Assembly (NCBI GenBank): GCA_963737155.1
Contig: CAVTRN010000002.1
Location: 2,112,001 to 2,176,000 of the forward strand
Direction: 5' to 3'
Length of the DNA: 64,000 nt
Source of the DNA: Nitrospirota bacterium
GTDB taxonomy: Bacteria > Nitrospirota > UBA9217
Below the pieces are notes generated by a model, which saw only the letters and a program-made list of their open reading frames with translations, was not told the origin of the DNA and did not search any database. Shown here in pieces: positions 41,148 through 50,383 of the stretch (positions are counted from its first letter, which is position 1; each line of letters begins with the position of its first letter). The position numbers were made by a program, and so were the translations under genes.

Positions 41148-42132
41148 TTGAAGATTCGTGGTGTTCGTATGCCTTAATGATATGCTGAACCAGTTTATGG
41201 CGGACCACGTCGCGGTTCGTGAAATAGACAAACCGTATCCCTTCGACGTCTTCGAGAATTTTCTGAACCTCGATCAGGCCCGAATTCCTTCCGTTCGGGA
41301 GATCGATCTGAGTGATATCTCCGGTGATTACAGTCTTCGAGTTGAACCCGAGTCGCGTGAGAAACATTTTCATCTGCTCCGAGGTAGTGTTCTGGGCTTC
41401 GTCAAGTATTATGAAGGAATCATTCAGGGTTCTACCTCGCATGAAAGCCAAGGGGGCAATTTCGATGTCTCCCCGCTCCACAAGCTTATTGGCCTTTTCC
41501 GTTTCAATCATATCGTAGAGCGCATCGTAGAGCGGCCGCAGGTAGGGGTTGACTTTCGCATAAAGGTCGCCGGGCAGGAACCCGAGCTTTTCCCCGGCTT
41601 CGACCGCCGGACGGACTAGAATGATCCTGCTTACTTCGCGCCGCAGGAGAGCTGATACCGCCGTAGCCATGGCAAGATAAGTCTTGCCGGTGCCGGCTGG
41701 GCCGATTCCGAAAACAACATCGTAGCGCCTTATTGCCTCTACGTACTTGCGTTGTGTTTCGTTCTTCGGCAAAACCGGTCGTTTGCGGCTTGAAACAGTA
41801 ATGTTTTTTTGGAAGATGTCTTTTAACGCAGCAGACGGATCGGCGGAATAGGCTTGTATGGCGTCGTTCACTTCGTCCTTGTCGGCGATGACCCCCTGGG
41901 AGAGAAGGTCAGCAAGCTGCTTGATAAGACCTTCTGCGTTCGCAACGGACTTCCCATCTCCTTCAATCTGGATACGGTTTCCGCGGGCATTCAGGGTAAC
42001 ACCATAGGTGTTCTCGATGAGGCGGAGATTCTTGTCCAAGTCTCCAAAAAGACTCGGCAGTGAACATTCATTTCCAATTATAAGATTTACTGCGGTGGTT
42101 TTCATCGCATGCATACTGCCATCTTTTCCCAA
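41140..42132 (-). CDS. phoH: PhoH-family ATPase (YbeZ-like)
   Basis: GPAGTGKTYLA, RPAVEAGEKLGFLPG, FMRGRT, LDEAQN. Start uncertain. Confidence 0.94.
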   Translation of the reverse strand: MGKDGSMHAMKTTAVNLIIGNECSLPSLFGDLDKNLRLIENTYGVTLNARGNRIQIEGDGKSVANAEGLIKQLADLLSQGVIADKDEVNDAIQAYSADPSAALKDIFQKNITVSSRKRPVLPKNETQRKYVEAIRRYDVVFGIGPAGTGKTYLAMATAVSALLRREVSRIILVRPAVEAGEKLGFLPGDLYAKVNPYLRPLYDALYDMIETEKANKLVERGDIEIAPLAFMRGRTLNDSFIILDEAQNTTSEQMKMFLTRLGFNSKTVITGDITQIDLPNGRNSGLIEVQKILEDVEGIRFVYFTNRDVVRHKLVQHIIKAYEHHESSNE

Positions 42133-42791
42133 CTAATGTTAACACGCCAGAAAACCAAAGTCAATTTCACTTTGATGTTAACTGCAATTCGGTAGTGTGA
42201 GCCAAAACCAATACACTTGCAATATCTTGTTCTGGAAATGGCATTTTGCCAAGTTGAAGATTAAATATTTTCAGGATTTCTTGCATAGGAAAAAACGGTA
42301 GTCGACTCGGGAAACGCTGACGTCCATATAAAACTACGGAGAATGCCGGCAGTGTAATCTCGATAGTAACGAGTGTCCGCTGCTATTCTTTGAGCATGAG
42401 GTTTCGTGGGTTGGCTAACAAGACTGCGGCGAAGTTTACGGACTTAAGAGGATCTTTTCCTAATCCTTCCCATTAATGGAAAACACAAGTTCTTGATGTT
42501 GAAGTCTCGCGATACACCTCGAACATGCTGATACTCTTCGCTCTTCTCACGCAGCTCCAGGAGGGATCGTCATGAGCGCGGTTTCCCCTCATGGACTCCA
42601 ACTTGAGATCGTACTTTCGGCGCAACTCCCCACGAGCGCAGGCACAGGACAATATTTCATACCTCCGACCCTCGTAGACGTTACCATTAACGAGTGAGTC
42701 ACGGCCGATGACTGCCAGATTAGGGGGGTCCGGAAAAAAGGAGGGGGATATGATCTCAAGATGTTGATGTTAGTGGAGTCCAGTAGATACC

Positions 42792-44447
42792 CCTAACCCG
42801 GACAAGCCGGAACCAAGAGGTTTTATAAAAACCATGATACAATGAAGGCTCTACTCATTGTAGTCATGGAGGTTGCTATGATGATTCCTGAACGCTACCA
42901 AGATAAAATAGCCGGTTCACTATCCTGCTATGACCGCATGATCATGCAGGGCACGCTGCCCGGCTGGTGCTTCGATAAGGGGATGACGGCATTCCTCTAT
43001 GCCCGACAGATCAAGATTTTCGATTATGCCCAGTTCGCCAAAGCGCTTCAGGAAAAAGTCCGGGAGAACGCTGAGGGCCTCGCGAATGAGAACAGCATTG
43101 AGATCGAGTTCATCCGCAAGCTGGGTGCGTTCCGTAAAGAGGCCCGGATCAAAGAAATCATCAAAGCGCGTGGCGAGCAACCCGGCCTTGTTCATATCTT
43201 CTCGGCCATGGAAGCCTGCACCAGCTACAAACCCTGGCACGACAAAAACACCGGCAAGACCTTTCTCAAGTATGATTCCGGAAAGTGTCTCCACTATTAC
43301 TTCTACTTCATCGACAAGACGTTCGGCCTGTGCTACCTCCGCGTTCCCACCTGGGCACCGTTCCGGCTCCAGTTCTATATGAACGGCCACAACTGGCTGG
43401 CGGCGAAATTGGCAAAAAAGAAAATCCCCTATGTTCTTCGGGAGAACGCGTTTCTCTCTATCGATAATTTTCCCAAAGCCCAGGAGCTTTCTGACAGCAT
43501 CAAGGTGTCGGACTTACACCATGCACTGGACAGATTCGCTAAACAATACTGCCCGGTCGGTAACGGGTACGGACTTACCTACCACTGGAGCACTATGCAG
43601 GTGGAATATGCCACCGACATCGTTTTCAAGAAGCAATCGGACCTGCACACGTTGTATGAGCAAATCGTTCGAACCGCCATTCACTCCGTGAAACCGGAGA
43701 ATATCGCGACCTTTCTGGGTCGGAAGCTCCACGGCAATTATCAAGGCGAAATGGGCAACAACTTCAACACCCGAATTCAGGGAACACGGATCAAGCACCA
43801 TATGGGCGCTTCATCCATCAAGATGTACGACAAGTTCGGCAGCATCCTCCGGATTGAGACCACGACCAACGACGTCTCGGAGTTCAAGCACTATCGGGAA
43901 GTCCAGTCGCGGATCGGAGATCCTGTCCACAAGAACGCACCCATGAAGAAGAACATCTACAGCCTGTTTGACCTTACGGCGATCTTCAAGGCCTCGAACC
44001 GCCGTTATCTTGAGTTCATCTCCACGTTCGACGACCAAAGCGCGGGAATCAATAACCTTGATAAAATTTCAAAGACCGTGGAAACAGGCGACCGTTCCTA
44101 CAAGGGCTTCAATCTCTTCAGCGACGATGATCTCAAACTGTTCGAGGTTCTCGCCCGCGGCGAGTTCAACATCAACGGACTTCAGAATAAATCTCTACGA
44201 AAACAGCTGCCATCCGTGACGAGCAGTACCATGACGAGAATTCTGAAACGGCTTCACGTCCACGGCATTATTCGGAAAGTCGGCAAAACATACAAGTACT
44301 ACGTTTCAAAACTCGGCAAGGCTGTTATCGCTGCGGGATTGACCATCCGAAATATGTCTGTAATCCCGCAACTGGCGCATGTTTAATGCATATTCACCAA
44401 ATTGTTCTACCCATTTTGAGAAGCTTTTGATTCTTTAGTTACTAATA
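42792..44447 (+). mobile_element. Unclassified 1,656-bp IS-like element, copy 2
   Basis: Duplicate of 30475-32130. Begins CCTAACCCGGACAAGCCGGAACC and ends TCTTTAGTTACTAATA. Confidence 0.88.
42878..44386 (+). CDS. Putative transposase (Rep_trans-like motifs plus C-terminal winged HTH), copy 2
   Basis: As copy 1. GGAGG RBS at 42868-42872 and extended -10 TGaTACAAT at 42835-42843. The ORF is open from 42842. Confidence 0.75.
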   Translation: MMIPERYQDKIAGSLSCYDRMIMQGTLPGWCFDKGMTAFLYARQIKIFDYAQFAKALQEKVRENAEGLANENSIEIEFIRKLGAFRKEARIKEIIKARGEQPGLVHIFSAMEACTSYKPWHDKNTGKTFLKYDSGKCLHYYFYFIDKTFGLCYLRVPTWAPFRLQFYMNGHNWLAAKLAKKKIPYVLRENAFLSIDNFPKAQELSDSIKVSDLHHALDRFAKQYCPVGNGYGLTYHWSTMQVEYATDIVFKKQSDLHTLYEQIVRTAIHSVKPENIATFLGRKLHGNYQGEMGNNFNTRIQGTRIKHHMGASSIKMYDKFGSILRIETTTNDVSEFKHYREVQSRIGDPVHKNAPMKKNIYSLFDLTAIFKASNRRYLEFISTFDDQSAGINNLDKISKTVETGDRSYKGFNLFSDDDLKLFEVLARGEFNINGLQNKSLRKQLPSVTSSTMTRILKRLHVHGIIRKVGKTYKYYVSKLGKAVIAAGLTIRNMSVIPQLAHV

Positions 44448-44975
44448 GTCGATGCCTTGACGGGCGGAAATCCCACGGTCAAAAGGGTGTTTTATGTTTC
44501 GCATTTCAGTAACTAAATCCGCAGCAGCGATGACATCGGGATGTGCATTGCGTCCTGTGAGAAGCAGATGCAGCTTTCTCGGTTTTTCCTGAATTAGACT
44601 GATAGTCTCATGGATATCGATCAACCCAAGTGAAGCCGCCGTATTTATCTCATCAAGAATCAGGATGTCCCAGGATCCGGAAAACATTCGTTGGCGCGCC
44701 AGCCTAAGCGCTTCCCGTGCGGCTCTGCGGTGCTCGTCCAAGGGCATCTGGTCTCCGCAGCAGTTGACGAAACCTTTTCCAAGAGAAACGATTTCGATCT
44801 CGGGCATGAGTCTTTCCGCTGCCCGCACTTCCCCGATCGACGATTGGCTCTTAACGAACTGCACTATGGAGACATACATATTATGACCAGCCGCACGCAA
44901 AGCAATTCCGAGGGCAGCGCTTGTTTTCCCTTTGCCGTCGCCGGTAAAGACGATCACTAACCCTCTATCTGACAC
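44442..44975 (-). CDS. cobO: Cob(I)alamin adenosyltransferase
   Basis: FTGDGKGKTSAALG, ILDEI, LTGR, ADLVTEM..IKHPF..G..A.QGIDY. Confidence 0.94.
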   Translation of the reverse strand: MSDRGLVIVFTGDGKGKTSAALGIALRAAGHNMYVSIVQFVKSQSSIGEVRAAERLMPEIEIVSLGKGFVNCCGDQMPLDEHRRAAREALRLARQRMFSGSWDILILDEINTAASLGLIDIHETISLIQEKPRKLHLLLTGRNAHPDVIAAADLVTEMRNIKHPFDRGISARQGIDY

Positions 44976-45386
44976 GAGTTTTCACCTCAAAAGCATAATA
45001 AATATCCATTAATTAATGTTTAAATCATAACACCTTGCAGAGCAAAACACAAGACGCCCAACTCGCATCTTTCCACTCAGAGTTAAAATATCCGCTTTTG
45101 TGATACTGCGTGACGTTGAATTCGTGCTTTGACCATAGCCCCCGGGGATTCCTTCAACGGAAGTGATTCTTTTCTGTTCTTCCGTTATGCCCTCCCCTGC
45201 GGATGGTGGCTGAAAAGAGGATATTTTTGACTTTTGCAAAATTAGATATAATTATTTCGGATGCTAGATGCCCGACCGCATCACTCCTCCCTACGTTTTT
45301 CATTATTTTTTCCTTGCATGACCGTTCTCCTTATGGTACTTTATGCAACGCTTTAAATCTTATCGAATTTTATGGAGGACTTTACT

Positions 45387-45581
45387 GTGGCAGGTACATG
45401 TCAGATCTGTGGAAAAGGGAAACTGAGCGGCAACAAAGTCAGCCACTCCAACAACAAAACCAAAAAGGTATCAAAACCGAATTTGCAATATGTAAAGGCT
45501 GTCGGTGCACATGGCTCGCATGTGCGCATGCATGTGTGTACGCGCTGTATCCGGTCTGGTAAAGTAAAGAAAGTAAGCTAG
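45387..45581 (+). CDS. rpmB: 50S ribosomal protein L28 (Zn-binding form)
   Basis: CQICGK...[12 protein letters not shown]...KPNLQ...[17 protein letters not shown] and GTG start. Confidence 0.95.
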   Translation: MAGTCQICGKGKLSGNKVSHSNNKTKKVSKPNLQYVKAVGAHGSHVRMHVCTRCIRSGKVKKVS

Positions 45582-45817
45582 CCCCAATTCCCGCTCCAAT
45601 CGTCCCCGGCCGGACAACCGGCAGGGGTGTCTTATATTCTTTTTCAGTTCCCTCAGGAGGAGTGACTTCCTTTGCAGGAGATTCTGAATGCCTTTTACGA
45701 CCCTATCAGTCATTTGGACCAACTCCGAACTGAATCGCAAGTTTATACTAATGTCATAGTCTCCTCAAGAAAACTATAAATTGCAATAAATGCAATGTGT
45801 AAAATTATAATTTGAAG

Positions 45818-45846
45818 TTGACAGCACTTTTCTACTGTACTATCAT
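45818..45846 (+). promoter_or_regulatory. Sigma-70 promoter for the beta-propeller gene
   Basis: TTGACA-17 bp-TATCAT. Confidence 0.7.
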
Positions 45847-46049
45847 TACTCCATAATAATAAAATATCGTTATTGCATTATATGAGAAAAAGGTAGGTCC
45901 TCATGACACTAGTATTCCTTCCTTAAGAAGGAGGAGTAAGGAGGTGGACGGAAAGGACAAATAGAGAAAGCATAAAAATCGGACACTGTCTTTTTAGTAA
46001 CATAACAACGGGCACACAAGATGCTCAAATTTTTTAAAGGGGAGGAACT

Positions 46050-47147
46050 ATGAGTTTTGTTAAAAAAAGTATGGTAATCGTGTTTATGGTGATAGGCGCT
46101 GTCGGGTTTTACCTTGGCTTATCCGGGATTAAGAGCGTTAACGCGGCCGACGAAACAGTTATCGATTCTAAAGTTATGCTCGATGCAAAGGGCCCGACAT
46201 TTGATGGAATTGCCTATATTGCAGGCCATGGCGGCCATATAGCGATTATCGATCTCCGAACGATGAAATCGCCAACAGATATTGATAAAGACAGAATTGT
46301 TCTTACTGAAGCCGGTTCCGAAATGGAAGGGAAAATTGCCGGCATGAGCTTCGAGCAAGTCAAAAAGTCTGGCGGTACACACGGTCAGACCCTAATGATG
46401 GAAAATGGACAGAAAGTTCTTGTTGCCGGAACACTTTCCGGTAATGTCTACAAGGTTAATCTCGTGACGGGCAAGAAGGAAGGCCCCTTTAAGGTCGGTG
46501 AGAAATTCTGCGGCGCCATTACTGGGCCTGATGGCAATATTTATTTCGAAGATATGGCCGATGGCAATGTATATGTTTGGGATTCCAAAACCTTGAAGAC
46601 GGTCGACAAAATGCCTGTTGGCAAAGCAGTCTGCGGTATCCAGTGGACCAAGAATCACGATAAGGCCTATATAACCGATATGCCGACCGGCGTCGTTTAT
46701 GTGTATGACTGGAAGACGAAGAAAGAAATAAAGCAGATTTCAAGCCCTGAGGGCATGACCTTCATCCATCAGACCCGCATGACACCCGACGGCAAATATC
46801 TTTGGGTCTCCGCACCGAACGAATTCGATCCTGGTTTGAAGCCAGGCACCCACAAGAGCCAGATTATCATCATTGATACAAACAAAGACGCGATCGTAAA
46901 GCGCATCAATCTTCCCAACGATATTAGACCGCATGATTTCGCTTTTACTAAAGACGGGAAATATGCGCTGATCACTTCCAGAACCTATGCTGACGACAGC
47001 ATGCTGGATGTGATGAATACAAAAAACTATGATATTGTGGAAAAAGTGTCCGCATGCAAATCCTGTCATCAGCCGAATGGAATTGAAGTAAAGATTGACT
47101 CTGGCTCGCCGTTGCTTTGCGGTATCCAGGTTGACTGGCTAAAATAA
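46050..47147 (+). CDS. Secreted YncE/YVTN-like beta-propeller protein with C-terminal CxxCH
   Basis: Signal peptide, repeats ending TPDGKY/TKDGKY/GPDGNI, CKSCH near the C-terminus. Confidence 0.8.
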   Translation: MSFVKKSMVIVFMVIGAVGFYLGLSGIKSVNAADETVIDSKVMLDAKGPTFDGIAYIAGHGGHIAIIDLRTMKSPTDIDKDRIVLTEAGSEMEGKIAGMSFEQVKKSGGTHGQTLMMENGQKVLVAGTLSGNVYKVNLVTGKKEGPFKVGEKFCGAITGPDGNIYFEDMADGNVYVWDSKTLKTVDKMPVGKAVCGIQWTKNHDKAYITDMPTGVVYVYDWKTKKEIKQISSPEGMTFIHQTRMTPDGKYLWVSAPNEFDPGLKPGTHKSQIIIIDTNKDAIVKRINLPNDIRPHDFAFTKDGKYALITSRTYADDSMLDVMNTKNYDIVEKVSACKSCHQPNGIEVKIDSGSPLLCGIQVDWLK

Positions 47148-47166
47148 AAGAACGCCCAAACCTTTG

Positions 47167-47205
47167 ACCGGAGGAGCTGAACCAGCTCCTCCGGTTTCAT
47201 TTTTT
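47167..47205 (+). terminator. Intrinsic terminator
   Basis: ACCGGAGGAGCTG-AAC-CAGCTCCTCCGGT followed by a T-rich tract. Confidence 0.85.
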
Positions 47206-47309
47206 CGTCGTAGCCCATTCACTTTATACCGCACTCATAACATAATCTTCTCAAAATAATATAGATGACCAGAACAGACGGACAAAGTAGGCTCTCGACT
47301 ATTTTCTGT

Positions 47310-47338
47310 TTGCATTAGTCAAAACTATGTTATATTAT
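47310..47338 (+). promoter_or_regulatory. Possible sigma-70 promoter for the ABC permease operon
   Basis: TTGCAT-17 bp-TATTAT. Confidence 0.45.
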
Positions 47339-47463
47339 GCTTCAAGTATATTACTTATCGATCACGACGAATAGTCCTGCCGTTACAGCTTCGCCACGTC
47401 TGTTGCGGCAGCAGTATTCATCTGCGAACTGGGATTTAATCCCGAAGAAAGACGTCTGATACT

Positions 47464-48660
47464 ATGAACATATCTTATGTTGCATTCAAAAATCTCAAGC
47501 GAAAGCTGACGAGAACTTGGCTTCTGTTCGCTATCGTTATGGTTGTTTCATGCACACTTTTCGCGGCGACACTCTTTTTGAAAAGTATAAACAATGCGCT
47601 CAAAATAGGTACCTATCGACTCGGCGCCGATATCCTGGTAGTTCCAGAAAGTGCCCAGCAAGAAGCAAAATCCGCTCTTCTATCGGGCGAGCCAACGCAA
47701 TTTCTGATGGACCGATCCATTCTTGACAAGGTAAAGCAGGTCGATGGTGTTAAGAATGCAACCCCACAGCTGTTCATCAAACCGACCAGTTTCACGTGTT
47801 GTTTCAATGTCGATGTTTTCCTCGTGGCCTTCGATCCTGATTCGGATTTTACGGTGAAGCCCTGGCTTGAAAAAAATCTAAGTAGGAAACTGGGGATCGA
47901 CGAGATTATCACCGGAAGGTCAATCCCCGTCATCGTTGGGGATAGGATCCCCTTTTATGGGACGACCTTTACCGTTGTTGGGACGATGGAACCGACGGGT
48001 ATGGACTTTTTCGACCGTGCCATTTTCATGAGCCTTGATGCTGCATACAACATGGCAGCAAATTCAAAGACCAAGGCAATCCAACCGCTGGAAATCAATA
48101 GAAATCAGATTTCAACAGTACTCGTACAGGTAAAGGAAGATATGACCCCTGACCGTGTAGCCATAAGGATCGAGCACGATATCAGCGGAGTAAAAGCTAT
48201 TGTTTCCGACACCATCATCAGTACAGTTCGGCAACAACTCGCAGGTCTTATAAAGGCTATCCTGATCATAAGCTTCATTCTGTGGTTCATTGTTCTCCTC
48301 ATCATGTCATTCGCCTTCTATATGATCGTGAATGAACGCCGGAGGGAAATTGGCCTTCTCCGGGCAATGGGAGGGAACAGGGGACATATTGCCGCCATTA
48401 TACTGACCGAGGCCGCGTTTCTTTCATCCGGAGGCGGCGCAGCAGGGATTGTCCTGGGTTTTACTCTTTTATCCGGCTTCAAGGATCTGCTTCTTCATTA
48501 TCTGAAGCTGCCCTATCTCTTTCCCAGCACAGAGCAAATGGTCATGCTAACAATAGGCGCGCTTCTCTTCTCTGTTCTGACCGGTCTGTTCGCAGCTCTC
48601 CTTCCCTCTCTCAGCGTACTGAGAATAGAACCTTACGAAGCCATAAGGAGCGCAGAATGA
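47464..48660 (+). CDS. MacB/FtsX-family ABC permease
   Basis: RLGADILVVP, periplasmic SFTCC, NERRREIGLLRAMG. Confidence 0.9.
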   Translation: MNISYVAFKNLKRKLTRTWLLFAIVMVVSCTLFAATLFLKSINNALKIGTYRLGADILVVPESAQQEAKSALLSGEPTQFLMDRSILDKVKQVDGVKNATPQLFIKPTSFTCCFNVDVFLVAFDPDSDFTVKPWLEKNLSRKLGIDEIITGRSIPVIVGDRIPFYGTTFTVVGTMEPTGMDFFDRAIFMSLDAAYNMAANSKTKAIQPLEINRNQISTVLVQVKEDMTPDRVAIRIEHDISGVKAIVSDTIISTVRQQLAGLIKAILIISFILWFIVLLIMSFAFYMIVNERRREIGLLRAMGGNRGHIAAIILTEAAFLSSGGGAAGIVLGFTLLSGFKDLLLHYLKLPYLFPSTEQMVMLTIGALLFSVLTGLFAALLPSLSVLRIEPYEAIRSAE

Positions 48661-49256
48661 AGTACATAATCTCCATCATTCTTATTTCCTTGTTGTTACT
48701 GTCCTGTTCAAAAAAACAGGAGAAAAATCCTTCTAATGTTAACAATTCGACGCAGGACCTCTATCAAAAGTTGAAAGAAGAGACAACAAAGAATCCCAAT
48801 GATGCAGAATCATGGTATCATCTTGCCGATTTCTATGAGAGATCGGATATGTATCGCGAAGAAATAGACGCTTTGAACAAAGTTGTGGCTCTCAAACCTA
48901 GTGGCTACTCTTTCATGAAAATGGGAAACGCCTACCAACAGCTCGGAGAATATAAGGATGCGATTAAGAGTTTCATGGCTGCCGAAAAATATCTTCCTAA
49001 GTACGCGGTGCTGTATAACAATATCGCCGTGGCATATGGCAAGATAGGAAGTCTGAACAAGGAAATTATGGAACTCCGGAAAGCTATTTCTTTTCGTCCC
49101 CGCTATGCTACTGCCCGATATAATCTAGGCGTTACATATCTGAAACAGGGTAAATCTGGCCTTGCGCTCAAGCAGTATGAAGAACTGAAAAAATTCGACG
49201 GAGGCATAGCTGATGCTCTGAAAAAAGAAATTGATAACAAAAAGACAAAGTCATAA
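48657..49256 (+). CDS. TPR-repeat lipoprotein
   Basis: Lipobox LLLSC; TPR repeats (AESWYHLA, YNNIAVAY, RYNLGVTY). Confidence 0.88.
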   Translation: MKYIISIILISLLLLSCSKKQEKNPSNVNNSTQDLYQKLKEETTKNPNDAESWYHLADFYERSDMYREEIDALNKVVALKPSGYSFMKMGNAYQQLGEYKDAIKSFMAAEKYLPKYAVLYNNIAVAYGKIGSLNKEIMELRKAISFRPRYATARYNLGVTYLKQGKSGLALKQYEELKKFDGGIADALKKEIDNKKTKS

Positions 49257-49609
49257 AACAATTATTATGTTAAGAGCATCTGTGGGGTTTTTTCAAAATC
49301 GTTTATGGAATCGAACTGATTTAAAATGCTATAGCTGAAAGAAAAGCCGATATAATATGCACAGACCACCTAAGGATGTGGATATAGACAAGATACAGCA
49401 GCTTTTCCTCGGAACATTATGTAAATTATCTCCAGGGGATGTTATTCCTCGGCTGCAGGAGAGGTATAAAGTTACCCCACCGCAGTCATCAATATCGACC
49501 TACCATTTCAGGATGACCGTCGTCAAACATAGCATTTGTTGCCATCATCAGTAATCTCACAACGAAAAACGATACAATCTCTGAAGTCGTCTTTAAAGAG
49601 AGGGATTTT

Positions 49610-50273
49610 ATGATAGAATTGAAATCATTATCAAAAAGCTACCAAGTCTTGGGAAACATCATCCACGCAGTACAACCTCTCAACCTCTCAATTTCACGGG
49701 GCGAATTCGTTTCCATCGTCGGTCATTCGGGAAGCGGGAAAAGTACGTTTCTAAGCCTCGTGGGCGGTATAGCACGCCCAGATTCAGGTTCGGTCATCGT
49801 AGACGGCAAGAACATCTGGGATTATGACGACAAGAGCATCTCAAAGCTACGTAACGAAAAGTTTGGATTTGTATATCAGTTTGCAAGTCTATTACCCACC
49901 CTAACTGCTACTGAAAACGTCCTGCTGCCAACTGTTTTTGGAGGCAGCAAAACGATTGCGGACGCCGAGAATCTTCTCAAACTCGTCGGTCTGGATGATA
50001 AGAAGAACCGCTATCCTTCTGAGCTGAGCGGCGGCGAACAGCAACGTGTGGCAATCGCTCGCGCGTTCATCAACGATCCTGAGATTATTCTTGCCGATGA
50101 GCCCACCGGAGATTCTCGATGAAGAAACGGAAGCGGTAATTATGTCCTTTTTTGAAAAGATTAACCGGGAGAAAAACGTCACCATGATCATGGTGACCCA
50201 CAGTTCCGAAATTGCACTTCGGGCTCCGACTCGTCTCAGGATGAAGCATGGCGAACTGGAAAAGCTTAACTGA
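49610..50273 (+). pseudogene. LolD/MacB-type ABC ATPase with a +1 frameshift
   Basis: [23 protein letters not shown]. An extra T in GGAGATTCTCGAT (~50113) breaks GDLDEET; the rest (LDEET...MVTH) continues in another frame. Confidence 0.85.
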
Positions 50274-50313
50274 GTAAAAGGGATTTTATCCCCTATCTGC
50301 ATGATTTGCAAAC

Positions 50314-50360
50314 AGGAAAAACTAAACGGCGGCCAAGATGGCCGCCGTTTAGTTTTTCCT
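50314..50360. terminator. Bidirectional intrinsic terminator (perfect 22-bp stem)
   Basis: AGGAAAAACTAAACGGCGGCCA-AGA-TGGCCGCCGTTTAGTTTTTCCT between convergent genes. Confidence 0.85.
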
Positions 50361-50383
50361 TGTTTCAGACAGAGATTCCGATA

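Noticed and set aside
38319-42132. DgkA-PAP2 fusion and phoH-HD-ybeY-dgkA cluster as a novelty
   Set aside because: Widely conserved, known gene order and fusion.
42470-42670. Short ORF MKYCPVPALVGSCAE... with GGAGG RBS beside element copy 2
   Set aside because: Stops after 23 codons with no recognisable family; it lies outside the duplicated segment, so it is not cargo.
42842-44386. Calling the duplicated ORF a MarR regulator, Cas protein or reverse transcriptase
   Set aside because: The wHTH is only the last ~90 aa, there is no YADD/RT motif or CRISPR array, and exact duplication with sharp ends points to a mobile element.
45000-45300. Cobalamin riboswitch upstream of cobO
   Set aside because: Some hairpin potential, but no recognisable B12-box or GCCACTG/GGGAAG core.
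50314-50360. Perfect 22-bp palindrome as a possible mobile-element end or CRISPR repeat
   Set aside because: Single copy between convergent genes with A/T tracts on both sides; explained as a bidirectional terminator.
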